From an uncultured delta proteobacterium (GTDB lineage: Bacteria; Myxococcota_A; Polyangia; Polyangiales; B10-G4): a stretch of DNA of 64,000 nucleotides. The first letter of the stretch is position 1. Every line of letters begins with the position of its first letter. The position numbers and the translations under genes are program-made. Positions 27,647-37,660 of this stretch are shown here, piece by piece. The notes below the pieces were generated by a model, which did no database searches, was not told the DNA's origin, and saw only the letters and a list, made by a program, of their open reading frames with translations. The stretch covers positions 145,316-209,315 of the forward strand of contig CAVSGI010000013.1 of NCBI GenBank assembly GCA_963727445.1, written 5' to 3'.

Positions 27647-30600
27647 ATGAAGTTCGCTTACCTCTTCCTCAGGCGACCGACGTTGGCGATCGTCCTGAAC
27701 GTCTTGATCGCCGTCGGTGGCATTCAAGCGATCCGGTCTCTCAGCGTCCGCCAGTATCCGAAGACCGAAAGCGCGACGATCGTGATCCGCACGGCGTACA
27801 TCGGTGCGAACGCCGACCTCGTGCGTGGATTCATCACGGTTCCCATCGAGCGCGCCGTGGCAGCCGCGGACGGCATCGACTACATCGAATCGCAGAGCGA
27901 GGAGGGCTTCTCGGAGATCGACGTGCGGCTGCGCCTCAACTTCCCGGCGACCGATGCCCTCGCGGACATCAGCTCCCGCGTCGATCAGGTGCGCGCCGAC
28001 CTGCCACCGGAAGCAGAGATCCCGACGATCACCATCGAGCCATCGGACGCACAGGTCGCGGCGATGTACATGAGCTTCGCTTCGTCCGAGTTCGAAGACA
28101 ACGAGATCACCGACTACCTGGTTCGTGAGGTCCAGCCGAGGCTCTCGGCGCTTCGTGGCGTCCAGCGCGCCGACATCCTCGGTGGTCGCACCTTCGCGAT
28201 CCGGGCGTGGCTCGATCCCGACCGAATGGCGGCGCTCGGCGTCGCGCCCGCCGACATCCGACGGGCGATCGGGGAGAACAATTATCTGGCAGCCGTCGGG
28301 GAGACGAAGGGTGCGCTGGTGCGCATCGATCTCACGGCGTCGACCGATCGGCGGTCGCTCCAGGAGTTCCGGGATCTCGTCGTCCAGAGCGATGGGGACA
28401 CGCTGGTACGGCTCTCCGACGTCGCCAACGTGGAGCTGGGCTCGGAGGACTACGATCAGGAGGTCCGGTTCTCCGGGGACGAAGCGATCTTCATGGGCGT
28501 TTGGGTCCTGCCGAACGCGAACACGCTCGAGGTGATCCAGCGCGTGCGCGCCGAGATACAGGAGGTCGAGCGGGAGCTGCCCGCCGGGATGCAGGCGCAC
28601 ATCGCGTACGACTCGACGGTCTACATCGAAGACGCGATGACCGACGTCTTCGACACGCTGCTCGAGACGATCCTCATCGTCGTCATCGTCATCACGGCGT
28701 TCCTGGGCTCTCTGAGGAGCTCGATCGTCCCGGTGATCGCGATCCCGCTGTCGCTCATCGGCGCCGTGTTCCTGATGCAGCTCTTCGGCTTCACCCTGAA
28801 CCTCCTGACGCTCCTCGCGGTCGTCTTGTCGGTCGGGCTGGTGGTCGACGACGCGATCGTCGTGGTCGAGAACGTCGATCGCCACATTCGCTCGGGGGAA
28901 TCGCGCACCCGCGCCGCAGTCAAAGCCGTTCGCGAGCTGGTCGGCCCCATCATCGCGATGACGGTCACGCTCCTCGCCGTCTACGTGCCGATCGGCTTCC
29001 AGGGCGGGCTGACCGGCGCGCTCTTCCGCGAGTTCGCCTTCACCCTCGCCGGGGCGATCTTCATCTCCGGCATCGTCGCCCTCACGCTCTCTCCCGTCAT
29101 GTCGGCCAGACTCCTGCCCGACGAGCCCGGACGCGTCGCTCGCTGGATAGCCGGGCTCTTCGAAGCCGTTCGGCTCCGGTACGTGCGCGTGCTCGACACC
29201 TCGCTTTCGATGCGACCCGCGGTCTACATCGTGTGGATCGGGCTCTCCCTCTCGACGATCCCGATGTTCATGTTCTCTCCCGTGGAGCTCGCGCCTCAGG
29301 AGGATCAGGGCGTCGTCTTCACCACCCTCGACGTCCCCGCCAACGCGTCGCTCGAACGCATCGCGAGCTGGTCACACGCGATCCAGAGCATCTTCCAGAA
29401 GGATCCCGACTACGACCACAGCTTCCAGCTCACCACGCCCAACGGAGGATTCGGCGGCTTCGTCGCCGTGCCGTGGTCTCGACGCACCCGCACCGTCTTC
29501 GACATGCAGCGTTCGATCGGCGAAGAGACGAAGGCCCTCGCCGGTGTACGCGCTCCGATGTTCCTCAGGCCCGCGCTCCCGAGTCCGGGGACGATGCCGG
29601 TCGAGGTCGTGATCACGTCGACGGCCGACCATTCGGAGATACAGCACTTCACGCAGGAGATCACCGACGAGGTGGCAGAGAGCGGGCAATTCGCGTTTCC
29701 CCCGCTCTCGAACGTGCACATCGATCGTCAGAGGAACGACTTCGTGCTCGACCGAAACCAGCTCGCGACCATGGGCATCACCATGCAGACCGTCGGCCGC
29801 GACCTCTCGTCGATGCTCTCCGGAAACTACGTCAACCGCTTCTCCCTGGACGGACGCGCTTACGAGGTCATCCCCCAGATCCAGCGAAGCTCGCGCCTGA
29901 GCCCGGAGCAGATCGAGCGGGTCCACGTCACCGGACCGGACGGCACCCTGGTGCCGCTCGGCGCCGTCTCGGCGCTTCGCCAGCACGTCGAGCCCCGAGC
30001 GTTGCCCCGCTTTCAACAGCTCAACGCGATCAAGCTCTCGGGCATCCCCACACGCTCGCTCGACGACGCGCTCACCACGATCGAGCAAGCCGCCGCCGAC
30101 ACGCTGCCCCCCGGCTATCACGTCGACTACACGGGTGAGTCCAGGCAGCTCCGCGAAGAGGGCGGCAAGTTCCTGCCCGTCTTCGGCCTCGCCATTTTGG
30201 TCGTCTTCCTGGTGCTCGCCGCGCAGCTGGACTCGTTTCGCGACCCTTTCGTGATCCTCGCGGGCTCGGTTCCGCTGGCGCTCTTCGGCGCGCTCATCTT
30301 CACCTTCCTGCACTTCGACGGACCGCCGGGCGTGCACTTCGGACTGACCGAGGGGTGGACCACGACGATGAACATCTACTCGCAGGTGGGTCTGGTCACG
30401 CTCGCCGGGCTCATCTCGAAGAACGCGATCCTCATCGTCTCCTTCGCAAACGAGCGGCAGAAGGAGGGGCTGTCGAAGGTCGATGCGGTCAGGGACGCAG
30501 CGTCGACGCGCCTGAGGCCGATCCTCATGACCACCGCCGCGACGGTGGCGGGTCACTTTCCGCTCACGCTCGTCACTGGTCCCGGCGCGGCGGCGCGAAA

Positions 30601-30733
30601 CTCGATCGGGATCGTGCTGGTCGGCGGAATGGCGATCGGAACGCTCTTCACCCTCTTCGTCGTGCCCTCCGTCTACGTCCTCGTCGCCAAGACGCGGAGC
30701 AGCCGCACGGAGCCGGAGCCAGGGCTCGGCTGA
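27647..30733 (+). CDS. RND efflux transporter permease (AcrB/HAE1 family)
   Basis: 1028 aa with 12 TM helices and canonical AcrB N-terminal sequence (MKFAYLFLRRPTLAIVLNVLI...). Confidence 0.9.
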   Translation: MKFAYLFLRRPTLAIVLNVLIAVGGIQAIRSLSVRQYPKTESATIVIRTAYIGANADLVRGFITVPIERAVAAADGIDYIESQSEEGFSEIDVRLRLNFPATDALADISSRVDQVRADLPPEAEIPTITIEPSDAQVAAMYMSFASSEFEDNEITDYLVREVQPRLSALRGVQRADILGGRTFAIRAWLDPDRMAALGVAPADIRRAIGENNYLAAVGETKGALVRIDLTASTDRRSLQEFRDLVVQSDGDTLVRLSDVANVELGSEDYDQEVRFSGDEAIFMGVWVLPNANTLEVIQRVRAEIQEVERELPAGMQAHIAYDSTVYIEDAMTDVFDTLLETILIVVIVITAFLGSLRSSIVPVIAIPLSLIGAVFLMQLFGFTLNLLTLLAVVLSVGLVVDDAIVVVENVDRHIRSGESRTRAAVKAVRELVGPIIAMTVTLLAVYVPIGFQGGLTGALFREFAFTLAGAIFISGIVALTLSPVMSARLLPDEPGRVARWIAGLFEAVRLRYVRVLDTSLSMRPAVYIVWIGLSLSTIPMFMFSPVELAPQEDQGVVFTTLDVPANASLERIASWSHAIQSIFQKDPDYDHSFQLTTPNGGFGGFVAVPWSRRTRTVFDMQRSIGEETKALAGVRAPMFLRPALPSPGTMPVEVVITSTADHSEIQHFTQEITDEVAESGQFAFPPLSNVHIDRQRNDFVLDRNQLATMGITMQTVGRDLSSMLSGNYVNRFSLDGRAYEVIPQIQRSSRLSPEQIERVHVTGPDGTLVPLGAVSALRQHVEPRALPRFQQLNAIKLSGIPTRSLDDALTTIEQAAADTLPPGYHVDYTGESRQLREEGGKFLPVFGLAILVVFLVLAAQLDSFRDPFVILAGSVPLALFGALIFTFLHFDGPPGVHFGLTEGWTTTMNIYSQVGLVTLAGLISKNAILIVSFANERQKEGLSKVDAVRDAASTRLRPILMTTAATVAGHFPLTLVTGPGAAARNSIGIVLVGGMAIGTLFTLFVVPSVYVLVAKTRSSRTEPEPGLG

Positions 30734-30886
30734 GCCGCTCGAGGGCCGGGCCCCAGCGCTCGAATGAGGCGTGGGATGGGCTGCGCCCTCCGTTGCCGGG
30801 TCTTGGCGCGGGCCTGACCGGGCCCCGAATGCACCCTTCATCCAGTCGCGCGGAGCGGCTACTCTCGCCCGGTCGGTGGCGGAGGG

Positions 30887-32095
30887 ATGATAGGCAGCCG
30901 AAAAGGGATCGTCGGGCTCATCGCCTTCGCGGCCGTGCTCGCGCTCTGGCCGGCGGGGGAGGCGCACGCCATCCCCGCGTTCGCGCGGACCTACAACGTC
31001 CCCTGCGCCAGCTGTCACTCCTTCATCACGCGCCGCAACGAGTTCGGTGACGTCTTCCGCAAGAGCGGCTTTCGCTGGCCGCTCATGGCCGAGGGCGGGA
31101 GCCCGGAGCTCGAGGTCACCGAGCTCAAGGGGATCGGCCTGCTCGACGCGTGGCTCCCTCGGACGGTCCCGATCTCGGTGGAGGGCGCGCTCTCGGGTTC
31201 GGTGAGCACCGATCCCGACGCCGAGCCCATCACCATCGGCACGCCGGCCCTCACCCTCATCTCGGGCGCCGCATTTGGCGAGCACGTCTCGCTCTTCGGT
31301 CGCTTCAGCACCACCGGCCCACCGGCGGAGCTCTACGTCCACTTCGCGCGGCTCGGCGACTTACCCGAGCTCAACCTGCGCGCTGGCTACTTCGAACAGA
31401 CGACGACGCAGTTCCGACCGAACGAGAACCTCCTCGGGAGCTATCTCCACGGCACGTCGGCGATCAGCGGCTTCATACCATCGCAAGCGCGCGGCGGCAT
31501 CGAGGCCAACGGCGTCTTACGCTTCCTGGGCTCGCGCACCTTCTACGCCGGCGGCATCGTTCAGAACGCCGACCTCGGCTCGAACATGGACGGGTACTTC
31601 CGTCTCGAGCAGAAGATCGGAGGCATCAACCTGTTGGGCCAGGAACCCGAGATCGACCTCATGGAGGAGGAGTCCTTCTTCGACCAGGTCTACGCCACTG
31701 TCGCGGGGTGGTGCTACTTCGGGCGGGTGGGGGACATCACCGGGTTCAACACCCACCGGATCCGGCGCTTCGCCCTCGAAGGGTCGCTCTACGTCCATGG
31801 CTTCACGCTCCAGGGCGCGATGATGTTGGGCTTCGACGACGAGGTCCGCACGAACCGCGCGATCAACAGCGTCTCGTGGTTCCTCGAGGCCCAGTACCCG
31901 ATCGCCTCCTGGCTCTCGGTCGTCTACATCTACCAGTATCAGGATTCGAACGATCTGATGCGCGAGCGGCAACAGCACGACGCCGGCATCATCGCGCTCA
32001 TCACCGAGAACGTGCGAACGCGCCTCAAGTTCTCCTACTCGGACGACGGCGTCAAAAACGACATCGTCGAGCTCCAGATCCTGGCGGCGATGTGA
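30887..32095 (+). CDS. Secreted putative outer-membrane beta-barrel-like protein carrying an N-terminal CxxCH haem motif (hypothetical)
   Basis: Signal peptide ending AHA. YNVPCASCHSF lies just after the cleavage site. The remainder has alternating hydrophobic/polar beta-strand character. It is not TolC-like. Confidence 0.5.
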   Translation: MIGSRKGIVGLIAFAAVLALWPAGEAHAIPAFARTYNVPCASCHSFITRRNEFGDVFRKSGFRWPLMAEGGSPELEVTELKGIGLLDAWLPRTVPISVEGALSGSVSTDPDAEPITIGTPALTLISGAAFGEHVSLFGRFSTTGPPAELYVHFARLGDLPELNLRAGYFEQTTTQFRPNENLLGSYLHGTSAISGFIPSQARGGIEANGVLRFLGSRTFYAGGIVQNADLGSNMDGYFRLEQKIGGINLLGQEPEIDLMEEESFFDQVYATVAGWCYFGRVGDITGFNTHRIRRFALEGSLYVHGFTLQGAMMLGFDDEVRTNRAINSVSWFLEAQYPIASWLSVVYIYQYQDSNDLMRERQQHDAGIIALITENVRTRLKFSYSDDGVKNDIVELQILAAM

Positions 32096-35000
32096 TGAAC
32101 AAAGGGCTGGGTCTCACAGCCAAGCTCCTCCTCGTCACGGTCGTCGTCGTCGTGGCTTCCTTCGCCGCGGTGTGGTGGATCGCGACCGACACCTCGCGCA
32201 TCGGCCTGATCGCGCTCTCGGACGAAAACCTCGCGCTCTCCACACAGAACCTGGCCCGCGCGATTCAGAGCAGCCTCGCCGACGCCCGCGCCGACGCGCG
32301 CGCCACTGCGCGCCTCGACCTCGCCGCCGAGCCGATGGACGCGGGCGATCCGAAGAACTTCGACTGGCTCGCCGACGAGCTCACCGAGAGCAAAGACAAG
32401 TACGCCGCGGTGGTGGCGGTCGACAACGAAGGCGTGGTCCGCGGCAGCAACACTCGCTACGACGAGGATGAGGGCGACGCGGAGGTGTCGTTGCACGACT
32501 GCCACCTCGGGGGCGGCTGGCTCGAGGAGGTCGCCCAGGCCGAGGTCGGCACCGCCGTCTGGATCTCGCCAATGACCGACGAGTGCCTCGCTCCCTTCAG
32601 CGACGGGCCGGTGGTCGGATACGCGCTCCCGGTCTTCGACATCCTCGACGACCGCCTCGGCGCCATCGCCTTCTTCGTGAAGGTCAGCCACTTCCGCGAG
32701 ATCCTCGACGGCTACGTCAGCCGCAGCGACGAGGACAGCGTGAACTCGCTGGCGCTGATCCTGGGCCGCGACGGGCGCCCGGTGGTGTTGCCGCAGGGGC
32801 TGGAGAACAGCACCTTCGCCGACGCGCGGCTCGACGGCGAGATCGAAGGCAGTGGCGTGCTCACCGCCGAGTCGGGGGAGCGCTACCGCGTCCGCGGCAC
32901 CCCCCTCTCGGGCGCCGGGGAGGACGCGGGGTGGTCGGTGCTTCTGCTGACGCACCAGGCGGCCTTCGACGCGCCGGTGGAGAAGCTCAGCACGTCGCTC
33001 TTGTGGCTCTTCGTGATCGCGGTGTTGATCGTGGTGATCGCGCTCACCCTCGCCGGCACGCGCCTCCTCAGCCCGATCCGGCGGCTCACCGCCGCCGTCA
33101 GCAAGACCACGCGCGCCACCGAGTTTCGTCAGCTCCCCGTCGAGACCCGCGACGAGGTCGGTGCCCTGACGCGCACCTTCAACGCGATCTTCGGCACCCT
33201 CAAGGAGTACGAGGAGAGCCTCGAGCAGAAGGTCGAGGAGCGCACCGAGCAGCTTCGCGAAGCGAAGCAGGAGGTCTCGGACATCCTCGACAACATGGCG
33301 CAGGCGATCTTCACGGTCGGCGCCGGACGAAGGGTGAATCAGGAGTACTCGGCGTATTGCGAGGAGCTCCTGGGCGAGGTGGAGATCGCGGGGTCGGACG
33401 CCCTCGACGTGCTGGGCCTCGCCGAAGACGATCCCGCGCGCAAGAGCCTGCGCTTCTGGCTCGACACGGTCATCGGCGCGAGCGAGCTCCAGTGGGCGCT
33501 CGCGGGGGGCGGGGGTCCGGTCAAGGAGCTCACCTACACGGGACACCCGGACGGAGAGGAGCGTGTTCTGCAGCTCGAGTACGCGCCGATCTACGCGGAT
33601 GCCGTCCTCGACAAGGTGATGATCATCGCGCGCGACATGACCGCCGTGGTGCGCCTGCAGGAAGAGGTCATCAAGAAGGAGGACGAGAACCGCGAGAACC
33701 TCGAGCGCGTCGCGGAGCTCGCCCAGCTCGACCCCGAGCTCTTCACGAAGTTCCTCGCCGAAGCCGACGAGATCGTCGAGCGCTGCCACGAGGCCATCGC
33801 GCAGCTTCGCGCCGACATGAGCGACGCGGAGGCCGTCAACGCGCTCTTCCGTGCGATGCACACGCTGAAGGCCAACGCGCGCATCTTCAAGATGACCAGC
33901 GTGCAGAACGTCGCCCACGACGCCGAGGACCGCTTCCAGAAGGTGCGCGACGGAGACGTGAAGCTGACGCCCGAGGCCATCGACGAGCTCGAGGCGAGCC
34001 TCGCGGTGGTGCGCCAGCGGCTCGACGAGTACGACCGCCTGGGCCAGCGGGTGCTCCTCGGCCAGGGCGGCGGCGCGCGCGAGGCGCTGGCCCGCGCCGA
34101 CAAGCCCCTCGACGCGCTCGAAAAGGTCGCCGTGCGCCTCGGCGCGAGCGTGCTCGCCGTGGACGAGGGCGCCGATCGCACGGAGCTCGACGCGGCGATC
34201 GAAGAGGCCAAAGACCTCGCGTCGCGGATCGGCTCGCTGGGGATGCCGAGCCTCGCCGGGCGCGTGGTGGAGACGCTCGAGCAGATCGCGAAGGACGCGA
34301 GCGCGGGCGCCGAAGCGGCCAGGACCCTCGCCGAGCAGACCGCCGACCAGCACGCCTTCCATCGGGAGCTGTCGCGTTTGCCGGACGCCGCCGCGTTCCT
34401 CGAAGAGAGCCAGCCCATGAGTCAGAAGACCGCCGACGACCTGGCGGGCGCGGCCGAGGGAGGCGTCGATGCGCTGAACCGGACCCTCGGCGGCCTCCAC
34501 ACCTTCAAGGCGCACGCGCGGAGCAGCGGCGTCCGCTCGCTGCAGGATCTCGCCCACGCGATGGAAGACCGCCTGGCGGAGCTCCGCGACCAGGGCGAGG
34601 CGCTCGACGAGGCCGAGGAGCGAAAGGCCGCGGCCAAGCTGGGCCGGATGATCGCCCTGCTCGGCGACGCCCAACAGCTCATCGAGAACGCCGCGCCGAA
34701 GGACGAACGCCGGAAGAAGGGCGCGACGGTGCGCGTGCCGGCCGCGCGGGTGATGGAGGTGCGGCGCCAGGTGAAAGAGCTCGCGCGCGCCCTCGAAGCT
34801 CGTCTGCCTCAGAGCGACGTCAAGAAGGCCTACGACTCACTCCACGCCGCGGTTCGCGAGCTGACGGTGGTGCCGCTCTCGGATCTCTTCGATCGCATGA
34901 CCAAGATGGTCCTCGACCTCTCGATCGAGGTGCACAAGCCCCTTCACGACCTCGCGGTCGAGGGCGCCGACATCCAGGTCGACACCAAGCTGATCGAGAA

Positions 35001-35442
35001 GCTGCGCGACGTCCTGACCCACGGCCTGCGCAACGCAGTCGACCACGGCATCGAGGAGCCGGGCGAGCGACCGGACGACAAGCCGCGACGCGCCACCATC
35101 TCGGTGACCGCCAGCTGGAAGGACGACGACCTCGTCGTGGCCGTCACCGACGACGGGCGCGGCATCGACGTGGAGCGCGTTCGCGCCACCGCCGTCGAGC
35201 GCCACAAGCTCAGCGAAGAGGACGCCGCCCGCGCCACCGACGCCGAGCTCATCGAGCTCCTCTTCACGCCGGGCTTCTCCACCGCGCGCCGCGTCACCGA
35301 GCTCTCTGGCCGCGGCGTCGGCCTCGACGTGATCCGCACCACCATGCGCGAGCTCAAGGGCGACGCGACGCTGACCTCGACGCGCGGCGAAGGGACGACG
35401 CTCACGCTGCGGATCCCGGCGAGCTACTACCAGGAGCTCTGA
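32095..35442 (+). CDS. Membrane sensor kinase of CheA lineage: periplasmic sensor-TM-HAMP-Hpt-Hpt-CheA-type HATPase, lacking P2 and P5/CheW domains
   Basis: ATG at 32095 overlaps the upstream stop by 1 nt. Two TM helices flank a periplasmic domain of about 270 aa. Two Hpt motifs (AMHTLKANARIF, LHTFKAHARSSG). CheA P4-type ATPase (GRGVGLDVIRTTMRELKG). Confidence 0.75.
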   Translation: MNKGLGLTAKLLLVTVVVVVASFAAVWWIATDTSRIGLIALSDENLALSTQNLARAIQSSLADARADARATARLDLAAEPMDAGDPKNFDWLADELTESKDKYAAVVAVDNEGVVRGSNTRYDEDEGDAEVSLHDCHLGGGWLEEVAQAEVGTAVWISPMTDECLAPFSDGPVVGYALPVFDILDDRLGAIAFFVKVSHFREILDGYVSRSDEDSVNSLALILGRDGRPVVLPQGLENSTFADARLDGEIEGSGVLTAESGERYRVRGTPLSGAGEDAGWSVLLLTHQAAFDAPVEKLSTSLLWLFVIAVLIVVIALTLAGTRLLSPIRRLTAAVSKTTRATEFRQLPVETRDEVGALTRTFNAIFGTLKEYEESLEQKVEERTEQLREAKQEVSDILDNMAQAIFTVGAGRRVNQEYSAYCEELLGEVEIAGSDALDVLGLAEDDPARKSLRFWLDTVIGASELQWALAGGGGPVKELTYTGHPDGEERVLQLEYAPIYADAVLDKVMIIARDMTAVVRLQEEVIKKEDENRENLERVAELAQLDPELFTKFLAEADEIVERCHEAIAQLRADMSDAEAVNALFRAMHTLKANARIFKMTSVQNVAHDAEDRFQKVRDGDVKLTPEAIDELEASLAVVRQRLDEYDRLGQRVLLGQGGGAREALARADKPLDALEKVAVRLGASVLAVDEGADRTELDAAIEEAKDLASRIGSLGMPSLAGRVVETLEQIAKDASAGAEAARTLAEQTADQHAFHRELSRLPDAAAFLEESQPMSQKTADDLAGAAEGGVDALNRTLGGLHTFKAHARSSGVRSLQDLAHAMEDRLAELRDQGEALDEAEERKAAAKLGRMIALLGDAQQLIENAAPKDERRKKGATVRVPAARVMEVRRQVKELARALEARLPQSDVKKAYDSLHAAVRELTVVPLSDLFDRMTKMVLDLSIEVHKPLHDLAVEGADIQVDTKLIEKLRDVLTHGLRNAVDHGIEEPGERPDDKPRRATISVTASWKDDDLVVAVTDDGRGIDVERVRATAVERHKLSEEDAARATDAELIELLFTPGFSTARRVTELSGRGVGLDVIRTTMRELKGDATLTSTRGEGTTLTLRIPASYYQEL

Positions 35443-35446
35443 TGCC

Positions 35447-36769
35447 TCAACGGACGTCCCGCGCGGCTTCGAGGGGGCCGATGCCGAGGTTCCACTCGCG
35501 GTCGAGGAAGGCGAAGGCGTCGGCCGCGACCGGGCCGAAGGCTGGGCCGAGCGCGAAGCCCTCGGCGACGAGGCGAACGAAGCTGCCCGTGCTGATCGCA
35601 GCGCCGAGCAGAACCTTCATGGCGGCTTCTTCGCCCTCCTCTGCCCAGCGAAATCCGCCAGCGTCTCGCACCAGCCCGGCCTCGCGGGGCGCGTCGATCT
35701 CGGCCGGGACGATGCGATGCGTCACCGCGTACGGTGCGCGAAGCGACGCCTCCAGGATCAGCCGCTCCAGCTCACTGGGGCGATAGTCGAGGTCCTCGCC
35801 CTCGCTGATGGCGAGATGCAGGAGGAAGAGCGGAAGGTCGGGCAGGGACTTGGCGAGGCTGCCGAGGGCGGCACCGTAGCGCGGATTGAGCTCGGTGGGC
35901 CGGAAGCCGTCCGCGGTGAGAACGCCGTCGACCGTGAGGCAGCCGCGATAACCCACCGTGTCCCGCAGGTGAGTGCCGATGCGCCGGGCGACATCGCGCA
36001 TCGCTTCGCGGTCCTCCTCCGGGGGCAGCCAGAACGTCGAGCAGGCCGCGTAGGCGAGGCGGCTCTGTCCCGGCACGCGGAAGACGAGCATCTCACAGGG
36101 CCGGAACGTGATGACCGCCTCCGGGAAGACGATGGCGTGAATCGAGCAGGGCACACCGTCGAGAAAGGGCATGACCCGCACGCGGTCGGCGTGGACCGAG
36201 AGGAACGTCTGGGCTTCGGCCGCGTCGTCGGGGGTGCGAACCCACCGAAGGAACTGCGCGCCTCCGTGCCAGCCTTCTCGGTTGTCGGCGACCCACACCG
36301 TGCCGAGCCCTCGGTCGAGGCGCGCAGCCGCGGCGACGGGGGCATCGCCTCGGACATCGACGATCTCGCTCGGTGCGCGTGTCACGCCGACCTCGTCCCA
36401 GAGCGCGTCGACCCGCATCTTGTCCTCGAGCTGCGCCCACGCCTCGGGACGCCCCCCGAAGACGTGCCTCCCGGCGACCGTCCCTCCGTTGCTGAAGAGC
36501 GCGCGGATGACCCGTGCCTCTCCCTCGGGGTCGAAGGCGTCCACCTGGGCCTGCACCTCGGCCGACAGCGAGTCGATCGCCGCCTCGCAAGCGCGGATCC
36601 CGCCCATCATGTCCTCACCCCGCACACCGAGGTCGACCATCGGCATGCGTCCAGGCTCGGGCAGAGGCCCCGTGCCGCGGCTGCCGCCGATGGCCATCAC
36701 CCGAGCGGCGCCGAGATCGAGGAGGTGCTCGGCTTGCCGGGCGGCATTGACGAGGACGTCCGTCGCCAC
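35447..36769 (-). CDS. ATP-grasp superfamily protein of unknown substrate (hypothetical)
   Basis: C-terminal ATP-grasp-like catalytic loop (FRPTELNPRYG). GTG start at 36769 is uncertain (an internal M is possible). Confidence 0.45.
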   Translation of the reverse strand: MATDVLVNAARQAEHLLDLGAARVMAIGGSRGTGPLPEPGRMPMVDLGVRGEDMMGGIRACEAAIDSLSAEVQAQVDAFDPEGEARVIRALFSNGGTVAGRHVFGGRPEAWAQLEDKMRVDALWDEVGVTRAPSEIVDVRGDAPVAAAARLDRGLGTVWVADNREGWHGGAQFLRWVRTPDDAAEAQTFLSVHADRVRVMPFLDGVPCSIHAIVFPEAVITFRPCEMLVFRVPGQSRLAYAACSTFWLPPEEDREAMRDVARRIGTHLRDTVGYRGCLTVDGVLTADGFRPTELNPRYGAALGSLAKSLPDLPLFLLHLAISEGEDLDYRPSELERLILEASLRAPYAVTHRIVPAEIDAPREAGLVRDAGGFRWAEEGEEAAMKVLLGAAISTGSFVRLVAEGFALGPAFGPVAADAFAFLDREWNLGIGPLEAARDVR

Positions 36770-36839
36770 GAATCCAGGGCCGTCCGCGGATCACCTTCGA
36801 CAGCTCGTCGCGATAGTGGCCAGCGTTCGTCATCGGGCC

Positions 36840-37649
36840 TCAGAAGCGTGTGCGTGCGACGCAGCCGGTCAGCCCGCAGGCGAGGTCGACCTCGTCGTCG
36901 TCCTCGCCCAACGTGACGAGGGTCCAGACGAGCCCGGCCGCGGCGGCAGCGATCGCCAGGCCGAACATCACGTCGGTGACTGTGGTGAGCGTGCGCAAGG
37001 AGTCGCCCTCGCCGGCGAGCTCCGGAGAGCATCGATGGTCGGGACAGCTCTCCTCGAGAGATTGATACTTGTCGTTCGCCAACAGCCCGGTCACGAGGCC
37101 GACGATCGCCGTAGCGCCCGCAACCGAGAAGAGCAGGACGGGCCCCAGGAGGTTGGCGCCCGAGGTCGTGGGCATCTCCGCTTCAGGCATGGTCGAATCC
37201 TCGAGTGGCTCGGGCGCGGGCCCCACGTCCTCGGATTCCTCGCCCGCGGAGAGGTTCCGAATCACCTCGATCCGACTGCGGACGTAGTTCTCGTTGGCAG
37301 CGTCTGGGCGCTCCTGAAGGAAGCGTTCGTAGTAGTCGGCGGCTTCGCTCATTCGGCCGAGGCGGTCGAGCGCGGTCGCGATGTTGTAGAGGAGCTCGGG
37401 ACGCGCGCTCAGCTCGAATGCGTCTTGCCAGCGCTGTAACGCGTCTTCGAAGCGGCCGTCCTGAAAAGCTGCGGTCCCGGCGTTGTACAGGTCGCGGGCC
37501 TCACGATCCGCTTCTGGATCGGCCGCGGAGCCCCCGCCATCGTCGGCGGATACCTCCGAGGGCACCTCTTCCGATGACGCCTCCTGGGCGGAGACTCCAG
37601 ATGCGAGGGCCCACACGACTCCCGCGAGCGCGAATGCCCAGATTCGCAT
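36840..37649 (-). CDS. Secreted/membrane-anchored TPR-repeat protein
   Basis: ATG at 37649 gives the signal peptide MRIWAFALAGVVWALASGVSAQ. TPR-like repeats follow (AFQDGRFEDALQRWQDAF..., YNIATALDRLGRMSEAADYYERFL). C-terminal TM helix. Confidence 0.65.
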   Translation of the reverse strand: MRIWAFALAGVVWALASGVSAQEASSEEVPSEVSADDGGGSAADPEADREARDLYNAGTAAFQDGRFEDALQRWQDAFELSARPELLYNIATALDRLGRMSEAADYYERFLQERPDAANENYVRSRIEVIRNLSAGEESEDVGPAPEPLEDSTMPEAEMPTTSGANLLGPVLLFSVAGATAIVGLVTGLLANDKYQSLEESCPDHRCSPELAGEGDSLRTLTTVTDVMFGLAIAAAAAGLVWTLVTLGEDDDEVDLACGLTGCVARTRF

Positions 37650-37660
37650 CGACGGCCCGC

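Noticed and set aside
28207-31342. Long ORFs 28207..30138 (+) and 29372..31342 (-)
   Set aside because: Wrong-frame or antisense shadows of the AcrB-like permease gene. Arg-rich.
32035-35786. ORFs 32035..34674 (-) and 32583..35786 (+)
   Set aside because: Shadows of the CheA-like kinase gene, whose Hpt/HATPase motifs define the true frame.
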